The position numbers were made by a program, and so were the translations under genes. The notes beneath the pieces are model-generated. The model was given only the letters and a program-made list of their open reading frames with translations. It was not told the DNA's origin and made no database searches. Below are positions 24,136 to 37,695 of a stretch of DNA of 64,000 bases, piece by piece. Every line of letters starts with the position of its first letter. The stretch's first letter is position 1. The DNA is from Heterodontus francisci (Eukaryota), in NCBI RefSeq assembly GCF_036365525.1, contig NC_090387.1:76755300-76819299 (forward strand), given 5' to 3'.

Positions 24136-25899
24136 AATGATGGTTGACGATGGTAGATAAGGTTCCCTTCAGTAAATTCTATATAACTATTCATTCCCAT
24201 TCGAAACATGCGCCTGGACAATTCCAAGTTTACCAAAGGAAAGATGTTCTGAAACGAGGAACAATAATGAAACGGGATACAATACTGAAGTTGTGAGAAA
24301 ATTCCTACAGAGTTGAGTACATTTTTATTGGAGATTAAGTCCTGTTTTAGCGTGGTTGCAGCTGAAGATGAACTCGTAGTTATCATGGTCAAACTATGAG
24401 TTATTTAGGAAGTAGTTCATTTGGATTACAGGGTTAGAATGTTGTGCTGCTAATTGCTGGAAGAAAGGCAGCTCAACAATTCCAGTGACGAAGCCTTTAA
24501 GTCTGAATTTAAAGATAATACAATATGAAGATAATCTGTTGCCTCTTGTTTGGCTTCACTGTTCTGGTTTGATGACTGCGTGCATTAACAAGCATTTTAT
24601 GATCCTAGAATGTTACTGTATAGGTTTAGATCAAGCGGTTCTAAAAGTCTTTACTCCGAACATGAACCACATAGTTCCACTTTTTCAGATTACCGTAATG
24701 TTAATATTCCTCTTTTTCAAGCAATTAATTCCATTACAAAAGAATTCTTGGCTGCGATTGAACAACATTTTGTGGCAGTGAACGTCCAAATCTCATATTC
24801 TAACTAGCTTTTGTGCCTTTTTATTTTTTGCGATTATGTTGAAGTTGTTCTCACGCGTCACGGTCTACAGGACAGTGGAAATATTCAGTCATTATTTGCT
24901 TGTCTCATTGGCTTGAAAACGTCTATCAAGTCACTCATCAATATTTTCAACTTCAGTGCAGAAGGCTACGCTTCTCACATAATAACCTTCCATTCTTTGA
25001 CATTTATATTTGTTCTCGGTATTGTTCTTTTTATTTGTTCTCGGTATTCTTCAGTTGTACACAAGCTCTTACATCAGTTGAGCATTACCTTCTTGTTACA
25101 GAATACGATGGCACCAAATACTAAACTAAGACCTTTCCTCTGCACTTTTATTGCATCATAAATTTACGTTGCCACCATTCACTGAGGTCTCTCTACTCCT
25201 CTGCAATATTAAAAATCTTACTATTCAAGATTCATTTCCTGTTCGTACGTTTACCTACAAAAATGCATTATTTTTATCTTCCGCTGCATTCTGCATCAAA
25301 CATCAATCTTCCCTTCAAATGTCAATGTTGCCTGCAGCATTTCACGACCTGCATCACAGTCGTCTTCGAACTCCCCATTAGGTGTCATTTGCAAATTTTA
25401 AAGTTGCTGCCTCAATTTCCCAGACAAGAGAATTAATCTTTATAGTAAATAAAAGCAGCCAAACACGGAATCCGTGAGGCATCACTCGGCACATCTTGCT
25501 CCGAGAAGCGCCCTTTTATCTTTAAACTTTATTTTATCTCTTCTAACCAGCTCCCTATCCATCTGTCCACGTCGCTTGTACCTCCATGTGCTTTTATCGT
25601 ATGTGGTGCCAAATCAAATGGCTTTGGGGAATCCGCATAAACTGCATATGCTGCATTCTTATATCTGTTCCTATAACTATATCTATTCCCTCTGTTGTTT
25701 CTTCGATGAATTCTATAAGTCAAGCACGATTAGCCTTTTAAAAATGGTGTTGATTAACTTACGTTTAGAGATTAATAGTTTCATACCGAATGACACAGCG
25801 CCGACGTGATGTAAGTAAATGCACAACTGTTCACCTATATTTTATAATTGCTATTACATTCTATTTTCTCATCTAACAACTATTTTTTTATTTACTATT

Positions 25900-26225
25900 T
25901 ATTTAGAGATACAGCACTGAAACTGGCCCTTCGGCCCACCAAGTCTGTGCCGACCACCCATTTATACTAATCCTAGTAATAGACCCCATATTCTCTACCA
26001 CATCCCCACCATTCTCCTACCACCTACCTACACTAGGGGCAATTTACAATGGCCAATTTACCTATCAACTTGCAATTCTTTGACTGTGGGAGGAAACCAG
26101 AGCACCCAAAGGAAACCCACGCAGACACAGGGAGAACTTGCAAACTCCGTGCAGTACCCAGAATTGAACCCGGGTCGCTGGAGCTGTGAGGCTGCGGTGC
26201 TAACCACTGCGCCACTGTGCCGCCC
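25900..26225 (-). mobile_element. V-SINE (HE1-like)
   Basis: tRNA head, V core, CR1-like tail; absent at the paralogous site ~62770. Confidence 0.9.
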
Positions 26226-29200
26226 ATTTGGTTCCGAAATGAAGTTTAAGTCACCATAATGTAGATTATTTTGATAAGTAGACAACAGAAGTAACACAGC
26301 AGCAGAAGATAAGACGCCTTGAGCTTTCTGTCGATACTGTGTTAGAATACAATGTAAGCCATCAATGGAGATGTTCACCGGCTGGTTTTTAGCTGCACGA
26401 GATCGTTTCGCTAAATATTGACACGCGCCTATCGCTTGCTTGAGGTAAGTAAACAACAAGGCCCAGTTGCTCAGTTCGAAGCACGAACTGTTCAAACTTT
26501 AAATTTAACCCTGTTAATTGCAACATTTTTGAATCACATTGAGTGCTGAATTATGGAAGTTATGAAACACCATATTTCAATGTAATTGTAATAATATAAT
26601 CATATTTAACAGCGATTGGATTTCATTTTGGCCCTTGTAAGATCGCAACCTCACCAATGATACAGCTTGCAATATTTAATCTATCAGTTTTAAGGCGACT
26701 ATATGTGTTCCACTGTTTCTATTTTCATATCAGATACAAAGCGCAAGGTAAACGTAGAGATGTTTCGTGAATGCATTTCCTGACGTTTTAGTTATTAGTA
26801 CATACGGAGGTTTAAGTACCAATACATTGGTTTATTCCCTGCCATTCGATGCAGTTTATTTATGCACTGGAATACTGACCATATCGCCCCCCAAATTGCG
26901 GGTCTGTGTAGTGTGGAATAAAATATAAATGCAGTTAGGCTAAAATGTTATGTTATTTAAGCGCCCGATAATTGTAATCATGCTTCGAAGAAAGTTACCA
27001 ATTCAGTTGAAAAGAAATTCTAATGCGGCATCAGTGAGACTAACTGCTTCAGGTTAGGTCATGAATGGATTCATGTTGCACCTTTTATTGATTGACCAAC
27101 ATATACTTACAATACGACGAATTTGGTTACGTCTCTGACACTCGGGATAATTTCTTCATGAGCTACAATATCGTAACATTGATAACATTGTCTCAGAAAG
27201 TTGGAGGTTCTGGACAAGGGTCTAAAATGCAAGAGTCCAACCAGTTTATAGAAAATGCTGGAAATAATCAGCAGGTCAGGCAGCATCTTGTGGAGAGGTT
27301 AACAGAGATAGTTTCCGATCCGAGAGTAAAGCACAAACCTCTCCATATTTGTAACTATTTATGCCTTATTGACCGTACCCTACTAGATTTAAGACATTTG
27401 TCAAAAACATATAGTTTTGTTAGGAACGTCACTAATTCAATTTGTTCCCGTCAGAGTGTTTTACACATTAGAAGTAAAGGTTGGTGGCGATCAAGGGGTA
27501 TATTTTGCAAAGAACGTGGTATTAAAACGTCTGGCTTCAACCATATCATGACCAGTAGACAGGCAATAAATCATCATTCCGGACATCATAGGAGAGGCAC
27601 TTCCAACGGAATATCTGTTCCCAAACTGCCTGAAACAGCAGATCAGATAAAAGTGATGGTGGTAGTTCTTGTTGCAATTCTGAAGAAATATCGATATCAA
27701 AAAATGCTGCAAAACTGTCAGCAGGCCAGGCAGCACCTGCGGAGAGAAAAAAGTCAGCGTCTTAAGACGATAACTATTCGTCAGTTCTGTTTCTCTCGCC
27801 ACAGATTCTGCTTGACCTGTTGTGTGTTTTCCAACATCCCATGTTTTTATTTCAGATTTTTGGCATTCGCAGTATTCTGCTTTCGTTGAAGGAATAAAGG
27901 ACAGATCAGAAGACTGGGCTTCGTTTTACGGAATATACTGTCTGGAGTCGTATGTAAAATGGTTGAAATGTTAACGTGGATAGTAATTATAAATGGAAAC
28001 AAGTATACCGACCAACAACACAGCCTAAATTTATAGTGGCTGTGGATACTTATCGATAACGTATCCAACTCAGAGTATCTGTGGGAGGACCACTTGGTTT
28101 TGCCCGTCCTGGTAAATTTGCAGATAATTAATTTTGCTGCAGGCTTAATGCTCAAGTAACCATTGTTGCAAATAAATAGTTTTGGTTTATATTACAAGAA
28201 CACATAATAAATGTAAGGACGAAGTCTGATGGTATGTTGAAAGGACTTGATGAAGTAGGGTGGGAGGAGGCTGTTGTGGAGCACTAACACCGGCATAGAC
28301 TGGTTGGATCGTGTGGTCTGTTTCTGTGCTGTAAATGCAGTGTAATTCTATGTAATAATCCGTGAATAAGATTGGATAAACCAGTTAAGGGACTGAAACA
28401 GTTTGTGATTCGACTTTTTTATTTGCGTGCTCTTTATAATAACTCAGTGCAAGCACGTTTTACTTTCTCCCCACTCCTCTCCCAAGCAGAATGGGATTTA
28501 ATTCGCCGATTCTGCAATACTCACTTGTTGCAGATAACCGTTACAATCCAGAGTCAGGGGAAATTAGGCTTTCAGTTACATCCAGCAAAATGGTTTCCCC
28601 AGTTTAGAATCTGATTCCACACAAGCAAGCGGCTTCTTTGTTGTAGCTGATTTCCCCTCAGTAACCAATCAATTTGAAAACGGACTTTCTAACTCTTGCC
28701 ATGGGATGTATCATTCTATAATTGATAACTCACTATTTAAACGCTGCGCATATTTAAAACTATAGGGCCATGGTTACAATAGCGGTGTATTGCCCGACAT
28801 AGGAAGACTACATCTGCAGCCGATCCCTTCATTCTTTGCTTGCAATTTAACTGCTTATGTAAGGAAGCAGCTAACACTACAAGCGATCCGTTGGGAATTT
28901 ATGAACTGAATTTTCCATCAGACTGTGGTTAGTCTAAGTGCCCTTTCGAATCCGGGTCCTGCGAGAGCAACTCCAAGTTAGGCCATGATTTAAATTCATG
29001 CTGAGAAACGGAAACGACTTCACATGGAATAAGACGTTGATGACAATTAAATTTAACTGTTTTCACCCATTATCTATAAACCACACTGGGTTTGAGTATC
29101 CCAGGAGAAGCTAATACTTCACCAAAAATCAGAGTTTCTCGCTGATTTATGAGGTACTCACTTTAGTTTTCTTCAAGGGAAAAGGCAACACAACCATGGC

Positions 29201-31479
29201 AGAAGGGAGACTAACGGTTTAGTGATGCCTCCCTCCAAATTCTCCTCCAGGCTGCAATGTTAAGGTAGATGTTCCTCTTCCCCAGGAGGAGAAAACCAGC
29301 CGACCTGACCAAGGAAGCCTGGTTCCAGACAGCAGAGGAAATCAGCAGTCATGGGGTCACATCAAGGACCTGGATATACTGCCGCAAGCAGCTCAATGAC
29401 CTCATCCAGGTCACTAAAGTGAGTACCTCATAAACCGGTGACTTCTTGGGCCTTGCATGTGTCAGAGCGGGAGGGTGTTTTGGATGGTGTTTTGCCTGAA
29501 GCAAGGCAAAATGGCACTGAGAGGCACCCAGCTGCCACGGGAGGCTCCCAGAAAGTCCCTGTAAAGGGGACATGTGCAGGCTGCATCTGTGTGCCCCCAT
29601 CATTGAGTACTAGACTGCTACCAGCATAGATCTTGTGCTTTTCTCCACAGTGCAACCAACAATGTTAATTTTTGTGTCTGTAGGAGCAGAGAGCATATAA
29701 TGGCAGAGCACAGGTCCAGATTGGTGGTAGACTGATGCGTTTTCTTGTATTGAGCCCGATGGAGGAGCAGGCCATGTAGCAAATGGATGCTCCGTATCAG
29801 ACAGAGAGGCATGTGTGCCTTCCCAACTGAGTGAATAAGGTTGTGACAGGGTACAGGAGTGCATTTGCTGTGAAGGAGCCATGCTGCTTATGTGGCAACC
29901 GTTGCCACAGGAGGCTCCAATGTAGGAATGGTTGCAATGTCGGGAGGAGAGGCCCATAATCCTTCCATGTCTCTGTTGTCTCATGCAGGTCACACTGAAC
30001 ATTAGCCATAGAGACTCTGGGAGAGCCTGCTGCTTCTGAGGAGGAGGAGGGAGTGTCAGAGGGTGTACCATCACCTCGTACCACTGCATCCTCCACCACC
30101 ACAGTTACTCTCACGTTGATGGGTATGGACTCACAGTTAAATTCGGTCACACAACTTTATGTGTACATCATAGACACCCTGAGCAGCTGATGGAGGCAGT
30201 AGCAGCCCAGACCACTGTCAGTCAGATGATTGTGGGAGGTCAGACCCATGCTGAACTCCAGGCTCATGACTTGCTTCTGGTGGCACCGACAGACATGGGA
30301 AATGCTGCAGCGGCAGCGAGGGACCAGGAACGATCTTGTAGAGATGCCAGAGGCTGTGCGTGCCCATGTGCAGATGATGGAGGAACCTATCCGTACCCTG
30401 AGTGCTGCAATGTCTATGACTGGTGCATTAGTGGCATTCTGTATTGATAGATTTATTGCTCTCATGGAGCGTACTCAGTGTCTGGAAGAGATTCGTGCAG
30501 ACCTGCATATCCTCATCTTAACCAAGAGCTCAAGGCAACAGTGGCAAGATGAGATGGGGACAAAGCACCTGGAATCACCACCAGGTTGTCTACCCACTCA
30601 AGTCAGCAGGAAGCACAAATGTGTCTTACAAGGAGTAGGAGCGACTGCCTCCACACCCAGAGGCTCTTCTCACAGTATTACTGGTGTGAGCAACAGTTCC
30701 ACAGCCTCACTGCCAGTGACACCAGACTTGCAAGGTCATCACTAGCCAAGGAACATCAAGGTCAGCAGCCTGCTTACACTTCAGCTGACACTACAGTGGG
30801 AGCACCACATAGAAGTACACAAAAATGATAAAGAAAAACACCTAAAAGCACTTGGAATTCCCGGTGAATGTTTAATACAAATAGTAAAGGTGGCATTTAT
30901 ATTCAGGAAGAGTAAAGATATGCTTCTATCTCACAAGATCTCCTTCCTGTTATTTATGGTCTTTGGGGCTTCATTTTAATCCTGCTTCTGTCATTTGGCT
31001 CGAGGCAAGATAGCATGCTGACCGGGGTCAAGTATTGAACCTTGCAAACTCTGTGTTGTGCATGTTGGTGCCAGGCAATGAACTGCCAAAGGGAGGAAGG
31101 CAACAACAGGGCTGCATAAACGTAAAGCTTTCTTGGTCAACTTACAACTGGTAGCAAGGATCATAGAAAATATGAGCATATAAGGGCATTGTGAGCCTCC
31201 CATTGCACATATCTCATGGTGTCTTTCCTGTTGACCCTGAGATCCTTCATCTGGCGATGCTTGGCCAGCTTCCTCCTCAGCATTCTCATTGTCTGAGGAG
31301 GCATCACCCTCCTAAATATCCTCACTGGCCAACGTTTGCTCCCTTCTGTGGCACCTGCTTGTGCAGTGCACAGCAGCCCACCATGATACATGAGAATGTC
31401 CAACGGACCAATCTAGGCACTTACATCTGGGTTATTCATGTTGTTCTGTGGCAGGTGTTGTACCTCTGCTCCTGTGGTA

Positions 31480-33432
31480 GATGAACAACCATTGACGGAA
31501 GAGCTGCAACAAGCAATCAAACAGATGAAAAACAACGAAGCCTGTGACCCTATGTAGCTATCATGCTGTGGAAACTATCGAGGCATTTCCCTCTTGTCCA
31601 TAGCAGTGAAAATCCTGACACACATTCTCCTGAATGGCCTACGTCCTGTGACTGAGGAAATACTCTCAGACACACAGTGTGACTTTAGACCCTCCAGAGG
31701 AACCGCTGGCATGATCTTTGTTACCCAACAAATCCAGCAAAAATGTCAAAAACAACAGCAGGAACTCTACATTCATCGACCTGGCCAAAACATTTGATTC
31801 AGAAAATCACGAGGCTCCGTGGATTGTGGTGCAAAGTTTTGGATGTTCAAGAAACTTCATCACAATATTGCAATTGCTCCATGATGATATGACTGAAACT
31901 GTCTTGAGTGGGAAATCTGAAATGGATACCTTCAAAATCTGGACTGCGGTCAAGCAAGGCGGTGTGATAGCCCCCATATTATTTGCAATCTACCTCACAG
32001 TGGCCATTCACCTCGTTAAAGATCAGCTGCCTTCTGGTGTGAGTATAAAATACTGCTAAGATGGAAAACACTTTAACCTCAGTCGCCTCCATGCCAAAAC
32101 TAAACTGACCAACATAGTCTGCAGTGCTGTTGTCCACGGTGCCCCAGATTTGCACAAATCTCTTCAGTTCTGAATACAAGACACTTATACCATCCTTGAA
32201 TGTTGCCAAAACAAAATTCATATATAACCAACATCTGGTCAGCCAAATATTCCACCTCCCACAGATGTTGAAGGAAAGACTTCAGAATATGTTGAGCACT
32301 TCCCATACCTTGGTGGCACAGTGGCGCAGTGGTTAGCACCGCAGCTTCACAGCTCCAGCGACCCGGGTTCAATTCTGGGTACTGCCTGTGTGGAGTTTGC
32401 AAGTTCTCCCTGTGTCTGCGTGGGTTTCCTCCGGGTGCTCCGGTTTCCTCCCACTGCCAAAAGACTTGCAGGTTGATAGGTAAATTGGCCATTATAAATT
32501 GCCCCTAGTATAGGTAGGTGGTAGGGGAATAGAGGGACAGGTGAGCATGTGGTAGGAATATGGGATTAGTGTAGGATTAGTATAAATGGGTGGTTAATGG
32601 TCGGCACAGACTCGGTGGGCCGAAGGGCCTGTTTCAGTGCTGTATCTCGAAATCTACAAAAAAATGCCAACATGAAGAGGAGATCCAAAACCGGATCAGC
32701 TGTGCCTACTCAGCCTTCTATAAGCTATGGCAGTGAGTATTTGACATCAAAGAACTCTGCAAGTCAACAAAGGTCCTAATGTATACAGCAGCTGTTTTCA
32801 CAATACTCCTGTACTGCAGAGAGACCTGGACTGTGTATCAGCAATACATAAGAGCGCCAGAGAAATTCCATTAGCAGTCCCTTTGCCGCATCCACTGGAT
32901 TCAATGCAAGGACCATTGAACAAATACAAGTGTCATTCTTGACGCCAGCTCCACAAGCATTCAAGCAAAACTCCTTCAAAACCAACTTTGAGAACTGGAC
33001 GCTGTGTCTGGATTGTCGTAAACTGTTTCCCCTGCCGGATCCTGTTTTCTCAACTCTCAACTGTTCCTGGGGAGGACAAAGAAAAGGCTTCAAAGACACT
33101 CTGAAGCTCTGTTTGAAGCGTAACAGCACCAATATAGATGACTGAGAGGAGCTTGCTACCAATTGTTCAAAATTGTGACAATTTGTCCATCAAGTTGCAT
33201 CATGCTTTGAGTCCAAATGCCTTAATGATGAGGCAGAACAGCGGCAGACAAGGAAAGAAAATGAAGTAAATCCTGTGCTCCGGATCCCATTACCTCGTGG
33301 GACATTCTGCCCCATGTGCCCAAAGATCTGCAGATCGAGAATCGGCCAGCTCAGTCATTTGAACACCCATGGCAGAAACTAATGACCTTGAGTTGATATC
33401 ATCCGCAAATCAACGGACAGCCGACAACAAAC
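31480..33432 (+). mobile_element. RTE-clade LINE fragment inserted in the Harbinger transposase
   Basis: NYRGISLLSIAVKIL, QCDFRPSRGT, FIDLAKTFDS, VKQGGVIAPILF, GGQRKGFKDTLK, C-terminal C..C..H zinc finger. Confidence 0.85.
32312..32652 (+). mobile_element. V-SINE nested in the RTE LINE
   Basis: Complete head, core and tail. Confidence 0.9.
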
Positions 33433-35179
33433 TCTGCTCTCTATCTGTGACTCGGCTCCTCACAGGCATGAGAAGCCATTTCCTCAATTGGTAGCCCTTG
33501 TCTCCAAGGATGCATCGCTGAAGGCGAACAGGGGGCCTGAAGAACTCTGGCACCTGGTATTGTCTTAAAATGTAGGCATTGTGGCAAATTTCCAGGTAGC
33601 GTGCACAGACCTACAGTTGTCACAGACAAGTTGTATATTGTGTGAGTGGAAGCTCTTCCTGTTGATGAAGGCTGCTGTCTAGTTTGCAGGAGCCTTGATG
33701 ACCACATGTGTGCAGTCATTACTCCTTGCACCTGCGGGAATGCAGCAATGGCCACAAACCCGATGCACCTCTCAACCTGACTGTTGGGACCCATGTGGAA
33801 GTGCACATAGTTGCTGGCCCTCCTGAAAAGGGTATTGGTGACCTTCTTGATGCACCACTGGGCTGCTGACAGTGATATCCACACATGTCCCCAGTGGATC
33901 TCTGGAAAGTTCCAGAGTTGCAGAAGTTCAGTGCTACTGGCATTTCAATTTCACCAAGTCCCCCGGGCTCAGCTCTTCCTGCATCATAGCACATAGTTCA
34001 GTGATGGCCTCACTAGCATGATGGAATCTTCATTGCCACTGCCTCCTGAAAATTTGTAGGTAGCTGACCTCGACTGTTAGACCCTCTCTGGCGGTTACTT
34101 TCTTCTGCATGAAATAGGCTGCTGGCTCTACCCTCTGCATCCTTCCCCATTGTCAGGAGGACGAAGCTGACCCTCACATGTTGCTGCTGTGCTGCTGACG
34201 GTGCCTGGCCTCCCTCCTGCACCTCCTTTTCAATGGTTTCCCTGAAGCTTGGATGAATAAGGCTCATAAATGGTAGCCTCGCCCTAAGTGACCTTCACTG
34301 AAAACGCTCTTCTGACGACGTAGCGCTTCCCCGTTGCCCTCTGTTATTGCTGATCTGCAGTACTGGCATATTTACCTCCACTGCTCAGTCTATTCCCGAT
34401 GTCCTCTCTCCTCTACCCTTCCTGGCAATTAATGTTGCCTCTCCCGATGGCCTCCCTTTGTCGGCAACAATGAACTGCTAATTCCATGTCATCTCTTTCA
34501 ACTAGGCCAAGCTCTGAAGCCTAGTAATTCCAAAGTACCATTAGTAAGATTGAGAACTGAGAATAAAATCTCTGTCAATAGGTCTCTTAACTACCTTAAT
34601 TGTCTCCCCGCCCCATCACTGTCAGAAATCCACCCTCTATGCTTTCCTCCATCAACAAAATTGGAGGGGACGTCATGACGTCAGAGAGGGAGTCTGACGT
34701 TTCCCATAATGATCTTGTGCCCCACTCCCTCTTCCCATTTCCAAGGGCCGATTCAAATACAGCCCTTTGTTTCTCGGGTTAGAGCCAGTAAAATGGGTTT
34801 CGGTGAGTGCGGGACTGACGATTCCTGTTCTCACTGCATGAAGCGACAGGGAAACCACATTCTGAAGATTCCCCCCCAGTCTGACATAGGAAACAGAGGC
34901 CTGGATTTAACCCGGAGGCAGTGGCCTCACCCAGTGACTGGTATGTCGGGACGATCACACCTCTGCTGGCCCTGCAAGCTCTGACCAGATTTTACGGTCC
35001 TCAGGCAATTAGTTGCTTGAGGTGCTGGCTTCTTCCCACCACCTGGCAACTTCTAGGAGTTGCAGTCAAACAGAGGGCCAACGACTCTTCATTCCCAGCA
35101 GTGCTACGGGGAGCAGTGGCCTCAGAATCTTCGAGTAGCACCCAGATGTCACTGTGCGGCATCATCATCCAGAGGTGAT

Positions 35180-35950
35180 GTGACTTCCATACTGCTCGCT
35201 TGTATTACACTCTCTGTTCTTGTTTCCAATTTTCTATGTATACTCTAAATGCCTGCGGAGTGGTTTGGTTAGTTATTTCTGGGGAAGGTTATTCCAGTCT
35301 CTTCTATTATTTGATGTGAAGCTTTTCAGATGTGCTTGTGTGCGATATTGGAGAGGCACAAAGCGGCTTCTGTTTTCTCTCCTGCAGCGGACTGCTTTTT
35401 CAACATCTGGTGGAATATCAATAGCGATTTCATGGTGAACAGCTTTGTAGAACAATGTAAGCTCACTCAACTGTATTTGTTGTTGCAGTGTAGGTCAATT
35501 CAGGGAGTTAAGCATACACTTGATGTTCCAGCATAGTCGATGAAGACGAACCGTGCTGCATGTCTTTGAACTATTTCCAGTTTGTTTACAAAGTCGGCTT
35601 GATAGGGTTCCCAGACCATTGCAGCATATTCCAGTTTGGGAAATCATCAGTTCCAGTACCAAAGCCTGGTATGCTGCAATCTTGACTGTTTTGTTACATT
35701 TGGTTAGATTTCTCCTTTTAATCCTGCGATTTTGTGTGTTATTTACACCATGGCTTTTGAGGTGCACCCATATCTTGACACTTGATAGGAGGACACCAAA
35801 ATACGGGCTCTGATTAACAAAAGATGCTATGTGTGAAGTTCCTGGGCTGTCTGCATTTTGCTTCTTGCATGGTGTGACATTTTGATGATTTGAAAGTCAT
35901 TTGCCCACTATGGGACCATTCTCTCAGTGCATCTAAGTCTTTCTGGAGGA
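35180..35950 (-). mobile_element. Non-LTR retrotransposon RT C-terminal fragment (CR1/L2 group, distinct from the dominant CR1)
   Basis: KIAAYQALV..., EYAAMVW.PY, LEIVQRHAARFV, RDWNNLP. Confidence 0.65.
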
Positions 35951-36140
35951 CATAAGAACATAAGAAAGAGGACCAGGAGTAGGCCATTCAGCCCCTCAAG
36001 CGTGACCCACCATTCCACATAAGATCACGGCTGATCTGTCCCAGGCCTCAACTCCTCTTTTGGGCCTGTACCCCGCGACTCCCCGAGATTTCAAAAATCT
36101 ATCTACCTCCTCCTTAAACACATTTAGTGATCTAGCCTCC
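35951..36140 (-). mobile_element. CR1 3' end
   Basis: cataagaacataagaaa tail plus ggagtaggccattcagccc stem. Confidence 0.75.
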
Positions 36141-37479
36141 CTGGAGACGTGGTCTTCCTGCTCTCGAACGTGCAGCAGTTGTTTGAAAAAAGCTTGATTT
36201 TAGTGTCGGGACCGATTCTATCTACTATGACATTTATATAGAGCAGGAACAGCAAGGACTGCAGTAGGCCTGGAACCAGAAGTACTGGAGTCAAGGCATA
36301 AAGGTAGGTGGGACGGGCTCGCCAGAGCCAGTTAGGCAGGCCCCGGCGAAGGTGGTGGGGTGTGATCGAGAGGCCGGTGGGGGGGTGGGAGGGGGAGTGG
36401 GGGGGGGGGGGTGGTTTGCCGGGAGGGTTGCGGTGGTAGTGTTCTTCATTCGTGGGTTATCCTTGCCACTGGGGAGTCCCCAATGTGGCACGGGGAGCCC
36501 TAACAGAAGAGACGACCCCATCTCCACCAGTCAGCCTACAGTGAGGCCATAAGAGTATACCTCGCATCTTCGCCATGTAGCGTGCCCCCGCACACTGCTC
36601 CTCCCCCACCACCCCTCCCCACCGGCACCAGTAGAATACCAGCAGCGACGGGAACAGGCCCTTAAGTAGTCATAAATTAGCCACTTAAGGCCCTCAATTG
36701 ACCCAAGTATAGTCGAGTTGCCCAGCACCTCTCCCGCTGCAGGTAGACAATAGCCATGGCAGCCACCCGGCAGCCCACCCGGTTTTACACCCGTCGCTTC
36801 ACAGACTGCTCCCTGACTGAGGGCGGGGCATCAAATTCGGCCAGACATAAACTTCACGAATGCTTTCAGGATTCGCTACTCAAAAATGGCACTTATAGGT
36901 AATTTTTACAGTTCATAACAGGGGACATGAACTATCCTAAGGTAGTCTGGGATAAGAGAATCTATTCAGCTGTAAATACGTTGAATTTCTTAGAATCCAC
37001 TCAATGCTGTTTCCTTCGTCAGCATGGTGCATGCCCAAAAGTGAAGGATGTGCTGCTAGAGCAACGGAATGTTTGAGAATTCTTCTAAATAGATAGCGGG
37101 AAGTAATTGAAAAACAAAACAGATTGAGGTATATTACAAAGATTCTGAAGGGAGAACATGCTAAGAAACCCAATTAAGGCAAGCACAATTAAAGAGGTGG
37201 GTCTTAACGATGGCTTCAAGACTCAGAGAAAGTGATTAGGTGGAGATAGACGTGCTTTATTTAGATAAATGTAAAGCAAATAAGACCCTTGACCAGTTTC
37301 CAAGACAGCACTATTCACACTTTCCTAGTTCAAATACTGCCAATTTAGGCCTATTTGTGTTTTCTATGACCAAGCCAGCTTTCTATCCATTCCTTTTGGT
37401 CGAGTACAGACTTCCAATTAGAGTGCTTGAACTGAAGACTGGGCAAATTAGAAACTTCAACATTTTCAATCCATGGCCT

Positions 37480-37695
37480 TCCATTCTATCACAGACATTC
37501 CTTTTGTTCTTGTTCCCACCTTCCCCCATTCACTTATCTATCATATGTCTAATCTTTCCAGTTCTGATGAAAGATCATCGTCCTGAAACGTTACCTCTGA
37601 TTGTCTCTCCACAGATGCTGCCTGACCTGCTGAGTATTTTTAGCATTTTCTGTTTTTATTTCAGATTTCCAGCATCTGCATTATTTTGCTTTTTA
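37480..37695 (+). mobile_element. Penelope-like terminal fragment with hammerhead-like core
   Basis: CTGATGA (37564-37570)...GAAACGTT (37585-37592), followed by the same tail as at 8480 and 57370. Confidence 0.65.

Larger units (their letters stand above)
29150..34300. mobile_element. Decayed PIF/Harbinger DNA transposon: Myb/SANT-like gene (+) and DDE transposase (-), convergent
   Basis: + strand ~29196-29420: RFSDASLQILL...AWFQTAEEISSHGVTSRTWIYCRKQLNDL; - strand 33441-34270: IAAFPQVQGV..HM and GDKGY-like motifs; C-terminal piece ~31170-31480 (EQRYN..H, CCALH). Confidence 0.75.

Noticed and set aside
27092-27889. 265-aa ORF
   Set aside because: Non-ATG start, no recognisable domain, and it runs through Penelope-derived repeat fragments; likely a chance ORF
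32317-32323. CACAGTG heptamers as RSS
   Set aside because: Part of the SINE head (gcacagtggcgcag) in multiple copies, with no nonamer
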